A stretch of 50,939 nt of DNA from Bacillales bacterium (lineage in GTDB: Bacteria; Bacillota_I; Bacilli_A; RF39; UBA660): assembly GCA_016291995.1 (NCBI GenBank), contig JAEEZV010000044.1, positions 1-50,939 of the forward strand. The letters run 5' to 3'. Of the stretch, positions 19,877-28,733 are shown piece after piece. Below the pieces are notes generated by a model. That model was not told the origin of the DNA, ran no database searches, and saw nothing but the letters and a program-made list of their open reading frames with translations. Each line of letters begins with the position of its first letter. Positions within the stretch are counted from its first letter, which is position 1. The position numbers and the translations under genes were made by a program.

Positions 19877-21071
19877 AAATACTTATATTGAAGTTGATTT
19901 AGATAGGTTAAGTAAGAATGTTAAAGAAATAGTTAATACTTTTACAGGATATAAATACTATATAGGTATCGTTAAAGGAAACGCTTATGGATATGGAGAA
20001 TACATTTCTAAATGTATTACAGAAAATGGTATTAATTATTTAGCGGTATCTAGTTTAGAGGAAGCAATTAATGTTAGAAAGTATGTTAATGATATACCTC
20101 TTTTATGTTTAGAACCAATTTCAGTAGAATATATCGATGATATTATTAAGTATAATGTAACTATTTGTGTTAGTAGTTATGATTATTTTAATGAATTAAA
20201 GAAAGTTAAATTAGATAAGAAAGTTAAATTTCATTTAAAACTTAATACAGGTATGAATAGATTAGGTTTAAGTGATAAGGAAATTGTAAATAAAATATAT
20301 AAAGAAGCAAGTGAAATAGATAATCTATATTTAGAAGGAATATTTACACATTTAGCTACTTCAGGAGTATATGATAAATTATATAAAAGACAAATAGATA
20401 AGTTTAAAGAACTTGTTAGCGATATTGATTTAAGTAAGATCGATATTGTACATGTCGGAAGAAGTTGTACTTTAGATTTCTTTCCAAAGTTAGATTTTTG
20501 TAATGGTGTTAGGATAGGTATTATGATGTATGGAGTTGGATCAACATTTCCAGAATATAGAAGTGGATTATTGGGAAAACTACAACATTTTAAGAGAGAT
20601 AAATTTTATAAGAATAATGATTTACCAGTACCATATCAAAAGAAAAAGATTACTCCAATTCAAGCACTTAGTTTAAAAAGTGAAATAATAGAGATTCATG
20701 ATGCTAAAAGAGGAGATTATGTTGGATATGGATCAACTAATATGATAACTAATGATGGATATATTGCAGTTATTCCTCTTGGATATAGCGATGGTATTAT
20801 TCCGCATTATAATAATCTTAAGGTTAAAATAAATAATAGAGAATATCCAGTTGTGGGAAGTATCAATATGGGTATGATGACAATTATGGTTGATGATAAG
20901 GTTAAAGTTCATGATATAGCGACAATTATTGATTGTGAAATGGATTATAAGAAGTTAGCTCAGGAGTTTAATATATCACCATATGTATTGCTTACTAATT
21001 TGAGAAGAGAAATACCAAGGGTGTATACAAAAAATGGTAAGATGGTTAAGGTGATTAATTATGGAGAATAA
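19869..21071 (+). CDS. PLP-dependent racemase of the alanine racemase (Alr) fold
   Basis: PLP-lysine motif VKGNAYGYG, and GYG...IAVIPLGYSDG. There is an extra segment of roughly 35 aa (STFPEYRSGLLGKLQHFKRDKFYKNNDLPVPYQKK). GTG start that overlaps murE by 8 nt. Confidence 0.7.
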   Translation: MYRNTYIEVDLDRLSKNVKEIVNTFTGYKYYIGIVKGNAYGYGEYISKCITENGINYLAVSSLEEAINVRKYVNDIPLLCLEPISVEYIDDIIKYNVTICVSSYDYFNELKKVKLDKKVKFHLKLNTGMNRLGLSDKEIVNKIYKEASEIDNLYLEGIFTHLATSGVYDKLYKRQIDKFKELVSDIDLSKIDIVHVGRSCTLDFFPKLDFCNGVRIGIMMYGVGSTFPEYRSGLLGKLQHFKRDKFYKNNDLPVPYQKKKITPIQALSLKSEIIEIHDAKRGDYVGYGSTNMITNDGYIAVIPLGYSDGIIPHYNNLKVKINNREYPVVGSINMGMMTIMVDDKVKVHDIATIIDCEMDYKKLAQEFNISPYVLLTNLRREIPRVYTKNGKMVKVINYGE

Positions 21072-22281
21072 GTTTGATGTAGTATTAATTGGTACAGATG
21101 TTAATGCCTATTATATGGCTAGAAATTTTCATGAAGAATATGGTATTAAATCACATGTTATAGGTAGAGTATCAATGCTATTTACAACATTATCTAGTAT
21201 TATTGATTTAACAATAGTTCCCGATTTAATAAAGGAAGATGTTTTTGTTAAGGAATTAGTTAAACTTGCTAAGAAAATTAAGAATAAAAAGATTATATTG
21301 GTAGGTTGTAACGATGATTATGTTTCATTAATTATTAGAAATAAAAAAGAATTAAGTAAATATTATTTGTTTAATTATACAAATATTGATTTATTTAATA
21401 CTTTGGTAAACAAAGAAGCATTTTATAAGAAATATGGGGATGTTTTAGATATACCTAAGACTTATATTTATAATGTTAAAGAAGAATTAGATGAGAATAA
21501 AGTTAGTGAATTTAGATATCCCGTGATAATTAAGCCTAGTAATATTATTAGATATCATGAATGTGAATTTCCAGGACAAGCTAAGATATATAGATTAAAT
21601 GATATTATGGAAGTACATAAGACGATTGATGATATTAAAGGGGCTGGATATGATGACTGTTTAATTATACAGGAATTTATCCCGGGAGATGATACGAGAT
21701 TATTTGATTCAGTATTCTATGTCAATAGTAGAGGAAAGGTAGAATTACAAAGTTTTGGACAGATTGGTTTACAGGAACATACGAAGACTGGTTTAGGTAA
21801 TTTGACGGTATTAATTAATGGTTATAATGAATTTAATAATACGAAGATTGTCAAAGATAAGTTAAAGAAATTTTTGGAAGATATTCATTTTAATGGAATA
21901 TGTGAATTCGATTTAAAATATGATATTAGAGATAAAAAATTTAAGGTGTTTGAAATAAATGCTAGACAGGCTAGAAGTAGTTATTATTTAACAGCTTGTG
22001 GTTATAATTTGGCTAAATATTTAGTTATGGATTTAATAGAGAATAAAGATAATGAATTTGTATTTATCGATAATAAGATAGCATTATCTTTTGTACCAGA
22101 CTTTGTTATTCGCCATTTTATTAAGAATAAGGAATACAAAAAGGAATTCTTTAGATTAAAAAGAGAAGGATTATATACAGATCCTTTGGTATATAAAGAA
22201 GATATGTCTAGTAAAAGAAAAAAATGGTTGTTTAAAAGAGATATTAATTATATAAAGAAATATATGACAAATAAGTGGTAG
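21061..22281 (+). CDS. ATP-grasp carboxylate-amine ligase, D-aspartate-ligase-like
   Basis: N-terminal VVLIGTDVNAYYMARNFHEEYG, then QEFIPGDD and FDLKYD..D.KFKVFEINARQARSSYY. The pattern resembles the peptidoglycan side-chain D-Asp ligase family. It overlaps the racemase gene by 11 nt. Confidence 0.6.
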   Translation: MENKFDVVLIGTDVNAYYMARNFHEEYGIKSHVIGRVSMLFTTLSSIIDLTIVPDLIKEDVFVKELVKLAKKIKNKKIILVGCNDDYVSLIIRNKKELSKYYLFNYTNIDLFNTLVNKEAFYKKYGDVLDIPKTYIYNVKEELDENKVSEFRYPVIIKPSNIIRYHECEFPGQAKIYRLNDIMEVHKTIDDIKGAGYDDCLIIQEFIPGDDTRLFDSVFYVNSRGKVELQSFGQIGLQEHTKTGLGNLTVLINGYNEFNNTKIVKDKLKKFLEDIHFNGICEFDLKYDIRDKKFKVFEINARQARSSYYLTACGYNLAKYLVMDLIENKDNEFVFIDNKIALSFVPDFVIRHFIKNKEYKKEFFRLKREGLYTDPLVYKEDMSSKRKKWLFKRDINYIKKYMTNKW

Positions 22282-22289
22282 GTGATATT

Positions 22290-24140
22290 ATGTGCGGATT
22301 TGTAGGCTTTGTCGATAAGAAAAAGAAAGATGAAAAAGATAAAATTATCAAAAAAATGGCTGATATTATTAAACATAGAGGACCTGATGATGATGGATAC
22401 TATACGGATAATAATGTTGCATTAGGATTTCGTAGACTATCAATAATAGATTTAGATGGTGGTGCTCAGCCAATTTATAATGAAAAGAAAGATAAGGTTA
22501 TTGTCTTTAATGGTGAAATATATAATTATAGGGAAATAAGAGATGATTTGTTAAAACTTGGATATAAGTTTAGTACAAAATCAGATACCGAAGTTATTCT
22601 ACATGGATATGAAGAATATGGTGAAGATGTATTATCTAGATTAAGAGGAATGTTTGCTTTTGTTATCTATGATGTTAAAGAAAAGAAAGTGTTCGGAGCA
22701 AGAGACTTTTTTGGAATTAAACCATTATACTATGGTAAATTTGATAATGTATTTATGTTTGGATCAGAAATTAAGAGTTTTTTAGCTCATCCAGATTTTA
22801 AGAAAGAACTTAATAAAGAAGCGTTAAAGCCTTATTTAACATTTCAATATTCATGTTTAAATGAAACATTTTTTAAGAATGTTTATAAGATAGATCCAGG
22901 ACATTATTTTATATATAAAGATAATAAATTAGAAATTAGGAAATACTATGACATTGCGTATAATAATGGTAGGGATGAATTAGATAAAGTCGTAGATACA
23001 ATTAATGATACGATGAAAAGTAGTATTGAATATCATAAGATTAGTGACGTTGAAGTAGGAAGTTTCTTATCTAGTGGAGTAGATTCATCATATATTGTCA
23101 GTTGTGCAGATGTCGATAAGAGTTTTACGGTAGGATTTAAAAATGAGGGATTTGATGAGTGCGAGCCAGCTCGTGAATTATCAAAGATTCTTAAGAAGAA
23201 ACATCGTGAAGAAATGATAACACCAGATATGTTCTTTGATATTTTACCTACGGTACAATATCATTCTGATGAACCACATGCTAACTTGTCAGCAGTTCCA
23301 TTATACTTCTTATCAAAGATGGCAAGTGAAGACGTAAAAGTAGTTTTATCTGGTGAAGGTGCTGATGAATTATTTGGGGGATACCTAGATTATTATGATG
23401 CACCAGTAGTACGTAGATATAAAAAGATTCCATATTTTATAAGACATGGAATAGCTCTTTTGGCTAAACCTTTTCCTAAGGCAAAAGGAAGAAATTTCTT
23501 AGTTAGAAATGGAATGCCTTTATATGATCATTATATTGGTCAAGCATTTATTATGAATAATGATGAAGCTAATGATTTATTACAAGATAAATATAAAAGT
23601 GATTTGAGATATCAAGATATTGTCAAGAGTACTTTAGATGAAGTTAAAGGAAAACCAGAAGTTATTCAAAAAATGTATTTGGATATGAAATTTTGGTTAC
23701 CATATGATATACTACTAAAAGCTGATAAGATGACAATGGCTAATTCTTTGGAACTTAGGGTACCATTTCTAGATAAAGAAGTATTTAAGATGGCAAGTAC
23801 AGTACCAGTTAAATATTTGGTTACGAAGGATACTACCAAGTATGCATTTAGAAAAGCTGCTAATGAAAAAATACCTAGTGAATGGGCTAAGAGAAAGAAA
23901 TTAGGTTTTTTAGTTCCGTTTAGGGAATGGATTAAACAGGATAAATATTATAAGAAAGTTAAGAGTGTATTTAATGAGGAATTTGTAAAGGAATTCTTTG
24001 ATACAGATAAGTTAATGAAGTTACTAGATGATCATTATAATGGCGTCAAGAATAATGGTAGAAAGGTATATACAATATATTCATTCTTACTTTGGTATAA
24101 AGTATATTTTATGAATGGTTATGAAGAACTAGTTAAATAG
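22290..24140 (+). CDS. asnB: Asparagine synthase (glutamine-hydrolysing) family amidotransferase
   Basis: Met-Cys N-terminus (MCGFVGF) of Ntn amidotransferases, then RGPDD and the SGGVDSS-like PP-loop (LSSGVDSS). The ATG at 22290 follows GGTAGGTGA. Confidence 0.9.
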   Translation: MCGFVGFVDKKKKDEKDKIIKKMADIIKHRGPDDDGYYTDNNVALGFRRLSIIDLDGGAQPIYNEKKDKVIVFNGEIYNYREIRDDLLKLGYKFSTKSDTEVILHGYEEYGEDVLSRLRGMFAFVIYDVKEKKVFGARDFFGIKPLYYGKFDNVFMFGSEIKSFLAHPDFKKELNKEALKPYLTFQYSCLNETFFKNVYKIDPGHYFIYKDNKLEIRKYYDIAYNNGRDELDKVVDTINDTMKSSIEYHKISDVEVGSFLSSGVDSSYIVSCADVDKSFTVGFKNEGFDECEPARELSKILKKKHREEMITPDMFFDILPTVQYHSDEPHANLSAVPLYFLSKMASEDVKVVLSGEGADELFGGYLDYYDAPVVRRYKKIPYFIRHGIALLAKPFPKAKGRNFLVRNGMPLYDHYIGQAFIMNNDEANDLLQDKYKSDLRYQDIVKSTLDEVKGKPEVIQKMYLDMKFWLPYDILLKADKMTMANSLELRVPFLDKEVFKMASTVPVKYLVTKDTTKYAFRKAANEKIPSEWAKRKKLGFLVPFREWIKQDKYYKKVKSVFNEEFVKEFFDTDKLMKLLDDHYNGVKNNGRKVYTIYSFLLWYKVYFMNGYEELVK

Positions 24141-24153
24141 TTCTTCTTTTTTT
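24123..24153 (+). terminator. Intrinsic terminator after asnB
   Basis: GAAGAACTA-gttaaa-TAGTTCTTC followed by T7. The stop codon lies in the 3' arm. Confidence 0.8.
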
Positions 24154-24183
24154 ATGTAGACATATATTTATATGGGGATGTAT

Positions 24184-25641
24184 ATGTTATTAAGCGAGTT
24201 ATTAAAAGAGATAGACTATAGAGTTATTAAAGGAGATATAGATATATATGTAGGTGATATTTGTTATGATTCAAAAAAAATAAAGAAAGATGATTTATTC
24301 GTAGCAATTATTGGATTTAAATTGGATGGCCATGATTATATTGATGAAGTTATTAATAAGGGAAGTAGATGTGTTATTGTTTCTAAAGATATAGATATAA
24401 TTAATGATATAACGGTTATTAAGGTAGATGATACAAGAAAAATATTAGCTAAGTTATCGATGAGGTTATTTAATTATCCACAAAATAAGCTTAAAACAAT
24501 TGCTGTAACTGGTACTAAAGGGAAGACTACGACAACATTTATGATTAAGAAAATACTTGAAGAAGCAGGTTATAAATGTGGGATTATTGGGACAACGGGA
24601 GTATATATTGGAGATACGGTATATCAGGTTAATAATACGACACCGGAATCATATGAAATAATTAAATATATGTCTTTGATGGCCAAAGAGAAAATGGATT
24701 ATATGGTTATGGAAGTATCTAGTCAAGCGTTAAAATATGATAGGGTATACGATATTATTTATGATTATGGGATATTTACTAATCTAAGTGAAGATCATGT
24801 TGGAATGTATGAACATGATAGTATGGAAGATTATGTTAAGAGTAAAGCAAAATTATTTAAGCAATGTAAGTGTGGAATATTTAATATAGATGATAATTAT
24901 TATGGTGATATGATTTCTAGTAGTAATATCAACACTTTTGGTTATGATAAGAAAGCAGATCTTAGAGCAGTGAATATGAAATTATATAGAGAAGGATCTA
25001 ATATTGGAATTATTCTTGATGTTGATGGAGTAGTAAGGGATAGATTTAAGGTTAGTACACCGGGAAGATTTTCTTCATATAATGCGATGGCAGCTATTCT
25101 TACTTCTTATTTGATTGGAATAGATAATAAATATATTAAGAAGGCTCTTTGTAATTTTTCGGTTAAAGGAAGAGTAGAACCAATATATGTTGGTGATGAT
25201 TTAACTTTACTTATCGATTATGCGCACAATGGGATTAGTACAAAGAGTGTACTTACCACTATTAGAGAATACAATCCTAAGAGAATAGTAACTATTTTTG
25301 GATGTGGGGGAAATAGAAGCCCTATTAGAAGATATGAAATGGGAGAAATAGCTGGAAAATATTCAGATTTTTGTATTATTACAGAAGATAATAATAGATA
25401 TGAAGAATTTAGTGATATTGTTAGAGATATACTTAAGGGTATTAGTAAGACCAAATGTAAATATAAGATAATATCCGATAGGAAAGAAGCAATTAAATAT
25501 GCGATAGAGAATGGTAGAAAGGGAGATATTATTATGCTTATTGGGAAGGGACATGAAGATTATAAGGAAATAAAAGGAGTAAAATACCCATTTGATGAAA
25601 GAAAAATAATAAAAGAAATATTAAGGGAGATAAATCGATAA
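24184..25641 (+). CDS. MurE-family Mur ligase, copy 2 (divergent)
   Basis: P-loop AVTGTKGKTTT and DYAHNGIS. EDNNRYEE lies at the DNPR position. Three in-frame ATGs (24172, 24178, 24184); 24184 has the best spacing from GGGGA. Confidence 0.75.
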   Translation: MLLSELLKEIDYRVIKGDIDIYVGDICYDSKKIKKDDLFVAIIGFKLDGHDYIDEVINKGSRCVIVSKDIDIINDITVIKVDDTRKILAKLSMRLFNYPQNKLKTIAVTGTKGKTTTTFMIKKILEEAGYKCGIIGTTGVYIGDTVYQVNNTTPESYEIIKYMSLMAKEKMDYMVMEVSSQALKYDRVYDIIYDYGIFTNLSEDHVGMYEHDSMEDYVKSKAKLFKQCKCGIFNIDDNYYGDMISSSNINTFGYDKKADLRAVNMKLYREGSNIGIILDVDGVVRDRFKVSTPGRFSSYNAMAAILTSYLIGIDNKYIKKALCNFSVKGRVEPIYVGDDLTLLIDYAHNGISTKSVLTTIREYNPKRIVTIFGCGGNRSPIRRYEMGEIAGKYSDFCIITEDNNRYEEFSDIVRDILKGISKTKCKYKIISDRKEAIKYAIENGRKGDIIMLIGKGHEDYKEIKGVKYPFDERKIIKEILREINR

Positions 25642-25657
25642 AAATATATTTTTTATA

Positions 25658-25686
25658 TTGAAAAAAATTAGGGTATTTGCTATAAT
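25658..25686 (+). promoter_or_regulatory. Sigma-A-type promoter of lemA
   Basis: TTGAAA, 17 bp, TGcTATAAT (extended -10), followed by AGGAGG and the ATG at 25705. Confidence 0.6.
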
Positions 25687-25704
25687 TTTTTTAGGAGGAA
25701 TGAT

Positions 25705-26259
25705 ATGGGTACAGTAATTATTATAATAGTTGGTGTTTTAGTAGTTCTTGCTAGTTATGTTATTTCTGTATATAACAAATTAGTTAATGCTAGAAACAAA
25801 GTTGACAATCAATTTAGTCAAATTGACATTCAACTTAAAAGAAGAGCTGATTTAATACCTAACTTAGTGGAAACAGTGAAAGGATATGCAAAGCATGAAA
25901 AAACTGCATTTACAGAGGTAGTTGAAGCTAGAAATAAAGCAATTAGTGCTGGCTCTGTAAATGAAAAGATCGAAGCAAATGAACAATTGACGGGAGCTCT
26001 TAATAAATTATTTGCTTTAGCTGAAGCTTATCCAGAACTTAAAGCTAATGAAAACTTTATAAAACTTCAAGAAGATCTTAAAGATACTGAAGATAAGATT
26101 ACATATGCAAGACAATTCTATAATGATTCAGCTATGAGTTATAATAACTTAATTCAAATGTTTCCATCAAATATTGTAGCTTCAATATTTGGATTCAAGA
26201 AATATAGTTATTTTGAAGCTAACGAAAAAGACAAAGAAACACCTAAAGTAAGCTTTTAG
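25705..26259 (+). CDS. lemA: LemA family protein
   Basis: N-terminal TM segment, then YNKLVNARNKVDNQFSQIDIQLKRRADLIPNLVETVKGYAKHE and YPELKANENF, which is the canonical LemA signature. Confidence 0.85.
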   Translation: MGTVIIIIVGVLVVLASYVISVYNKLVNARNKVDNQFSQIDIQLKRRADLIPNLVETVKGYAKHEKTAFTEVVEARNKAISAGSVNEKIEANEQLTGALNKLFALAEAYPELKANENFIKLQEDLKDTEDKITYARQFYNDSAMSYNNLIQMFPSNIVASIFGFKKYSYFEANEKDKETPKVSF

Positions 26260-26290
26260 ACTTTTATAGTCTTTTTCTTTAGGGGGATGT

Positions 26291-26917
26291 ATGCAAGTAG
26301 AATTAGATGGTAAAATTTATGATGTAGAAATTATAAAGAAAAGTAATAAGAATATTTATATAAGAGTTAAAGATGGTAAAATCGTAGCTACGTGTAATTA
26401 TTTAGCGAGTAAGAATAGTATTTTAAAACTTATAATGGATAATAAGAAAAGTATTATCAAAATGTTAGATAAGGATAGTAAAAAAAATGATAGAAATGAA
26501 AATTTTTATTATTTTGGTAAATGTTATGATGTTATATATGGATTATCGGATATAGAATTTTCAGGTAATAAATTATATGCACCATCTAAGATGAAATTAG
26601 ATAAATATATCAAGAAAGAGATTTTAAGGATATATGAAGATAGATTAGATTATTGGTACAATAGATTTACTGAAAATATACCAGAACCTAGTTTAAGAAT
26701 TAGAAAGATGACAAGTAGATGGGGTGTATGTAATACAGCTAGTCATGTTATTACACTTAATTATAATTTATCTAAGTATGATATAACGTGTTTAGACTAT
26801 GTTATTGTACATGAACTTAGTCATTTAATATATCCAAATCATCAAGAGGGTTTTTGGCGTTTGGTAGGAAAGTATTATCCTAAATACAAAGAAGCAAGGA
26901 AAATGTTAAAGGAATGA
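26291..26917 (+). CDS. YgjP-like (DUF45 / M48-related) metal-dependent hydrolase
   Basis: MTSRWGVCN and HELSHLIYPNH zinc motif near the C-terminus. Confidence 0.75.
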   Translation: MQVELDGKIYDVEIIKKSNKNIYIRVKDGKIVATCNYLASKNSILKLIMDNKKSIIKMLDKDSKKNDRNENFYYFGKCYDVIYGLSDIEFSGNKLYAPSKMKLDKYIKKEILRIYEDRLDYWYNRFTENIPEPSLRIRKMTSRWGVCNTASHVITLNYNLSKYDITCLDYVIVHELSHLIYPNHQEGFWRLVGKYYPKYKEARKMLKE

Positions 26918-26921
26918 TAAG

Positions 26922-28598
26922 ATGAAAACAAAAATATTTGTAATGTTAATTGCTTTATTATTATTTCCAACGATAGCGTTTGCAGATCATATTTATAAGA
27001 TAGATATGACAATAGATTTATTGGAAGATGGTAGTGCTAATATAACAGAAGTTTGGGATGTAAAAGCAAGTTCTGGTAGTGAATGGTATAAGCAATTATA
27101 CGATATGGGAAATGAAGAATTATCAAATTTTAAAGCTTATATGGATGACGAGGAAATGACATATAAGAATTGGAATGTTAATGAGAGCTTGAGTGAGAAG
27201 AGAGGTTACTATGGAATAAATTATGTTTCAGATGGTCTTGAACTTTGCTTTGGTAAAGGAGATATGCAGAGACATACATTTAAACTTACATATACTTTAT
27301 CTAATATGATATTTAATGTATCAGATGCACAAGTATTTTATCAAACATTATTTCCTAATGTAACACTAGATCATTTTACAGTTATGATAACTAGTTATTA
27401 TGAGTTTCCTGATACATTAGATGTATGGGGATATGGTGGACAATATCTAGCATATGTTGCTGATGGAAAGATAATTTTAGATAGTGAAAATTATTCACTT
27501 AATAATGATTATGTAACGGTATTAGTTAAATTTCCTGTAGAAACATTTAGAACAAGTAATAGTTATAGTTGGTATACAAGTTTTGATGAAATATTAGATA
27601 CAGCCAATGATGGTACCTGGGAATATGATTATACAGTAAAAGTAAGTCTTCTTAATAAGATTTTAAATTTTCTATCTGGAATAGCACCATTTGCATTCTT
27701 TTTTGCAATAATTGGTGTAAGTGCTAAAACTGCTATCAATAGTGGATATGGTTATATCGGAAATAAAAAGATAGATAAAAAAGAAGTGCCAATGTGGAGA
27801 GATATACCTTGTGATAAGGATATATACTATGCTAATGCTTTGACATTCTTAAATAATTTTGATTTTAAAGAAACTAATATTTTGGGAGCAATTATTCTTA
27901 AATGGATTAAGAATGATAAGGTAACTTTGACTAAAGCAGAAAGTGGAATATTAAAGAAAGAAGTAACCGCAATTGATTTAAATAAGGATGTTACTTTAGA
28001 TAATGAACTAGAAGAAAAACTATTTAAGATTATGAGATCTGCTAGTAAAGATGGTATTTTAGAGCCTAGAGAGTTTCAAAGTTGGGCAAGAAGTCACTAC
28101 GATAAATTCTTTAGTGTATTTAAGAGTATTAAAAACGATGCGGTAGATAAATTAGAGAGTGCTGGACATGTACGTAATCGTACTGATAAGAAAGAGTGCT
28201 CTAAGAAGCATGTTATGGATGATAAGATATATGAAGATAGTGTTAAATTATATGGACTTAAGAAATACTTAATAGAGTTTTCTAATATGAAAGATAAAGA
28301 TGCTATTGAAGTAAAATTATGGGATGAATATTTAATGTTTGCATATATCTTTGGAATAGCAGATAAAGTTGCTAAACAATTTAAGAATCTATATCCAGAA
28401 ATTGTCGAAGAAATGGAACATTATGGTATGGATTATATGATAATGAGAGATATTAGTGATATGTCTGCAAGAACTGTTGCAGCAGCAAGTAGTGCAAGAA
28501 GTGCTGCTGAAAGCTACTCTGGTGGCGGAGGAGGATTCTCTTCTGGCGGCGGCGGAGGCGGAAGCTTCGGTGGCGGCGGTTCAATGGGAGGACGTTAA
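26922..28598 (+). CDS. DUF2207-like membrane protein with a Gly-rich C-terminal tail
   Basis: Signal peptide, an extracellular domain of about 230 aa, a TM segment, a cytoplasmic domain, and the tail SGGGGGFSSGGGGGGSFGGGGSMGGR. It is paired with lemA, as is common in Bacillota. Confidence 0.7.
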   Translation: MKTKIFVMLIALLLFPTIAFADHIYKIDMTIDLLEDGSANITEVWDVKASSGSEWYKQLYDMGNEELSNFKAYMDDEEMTYKNWNVNESLSEKRGYYGINYVSDGLELCFGKGDMQRHTFKLTYTLSNMIFNVSDAQVFYQTLFPNVTLDHFTVMITSYYEFPDTLDVWGYGGQYLAYVADGKIILDSENYSLNNDYVTVLVKFPVETFRTSNSYSWYTSFDEILDTANDGTWEYDYTVKVSLLNKILNFLSGIAPFAFFFAIIGVSAKTAINSGYGYIGNKKIDKKEVPMWRDIPCDKDIYYANALTFLNNFDFKETNILGAIILKWIKNDKVTLTKAESGILKKEVTAIDLNKDVTLDNELEEKLFKIMRSASKDGILEPREFQSWARSHYDKFFSVFKSIKNDAVDKLESAGHVRNRTDKKECSKKHVMDDKIYEDSVKLYGLKKYLIEFSNMKDKDAIEVKLWDEYLMFAYIFGIADKVAKQFKNLYPEIVEEMEHYGMDYMIMRDISDMSARTVAAASSARSAAESYSGGGGGFSSGGGGGGSFGGGGSMGGR

Positions 28599-28625
28599 AA
28601 AAGAAAGAATTTCTTTCTTTTTTTA
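28597..28625 (+). terminator. Intrinsic terminator
   Basis: AAAAGAAAGA-att-TCTTTCTTTTTTT. Confidence 0.65.
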
Positions 28626-28639
28626 CTATCAGTTAATTC

Positions 28640-28669
28640 TTGATTAAGATTTATTCATTTTGGTAATAT
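28640..28669 (+). promoter_or_regulatory. Putative promoter of dinD
   Basis: TTGATT, 18 bp, TGgTAATAT (extended -10). Confidence 0.4.
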
Positions 28670-28733
28670 TTGATGCAAAAAAAGTAAATGTACCTATCTT
28701 TCTTGAATATTATTTATGAAGGAGGAGAAAAAA

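Noticed and set aside
28456-28647. 63-aa + strand ORF, and the GC-rich tract at about 28520-28590 that superficially looks like a foreign insert or a tandem repeat.
   Set aside because: The ORF is an alternative-frame reading of the DUF2207 3' end. The GC spike is simply GGN codons encoding the Gly-rich tail, with no repeat-unit periodicity beyond that.
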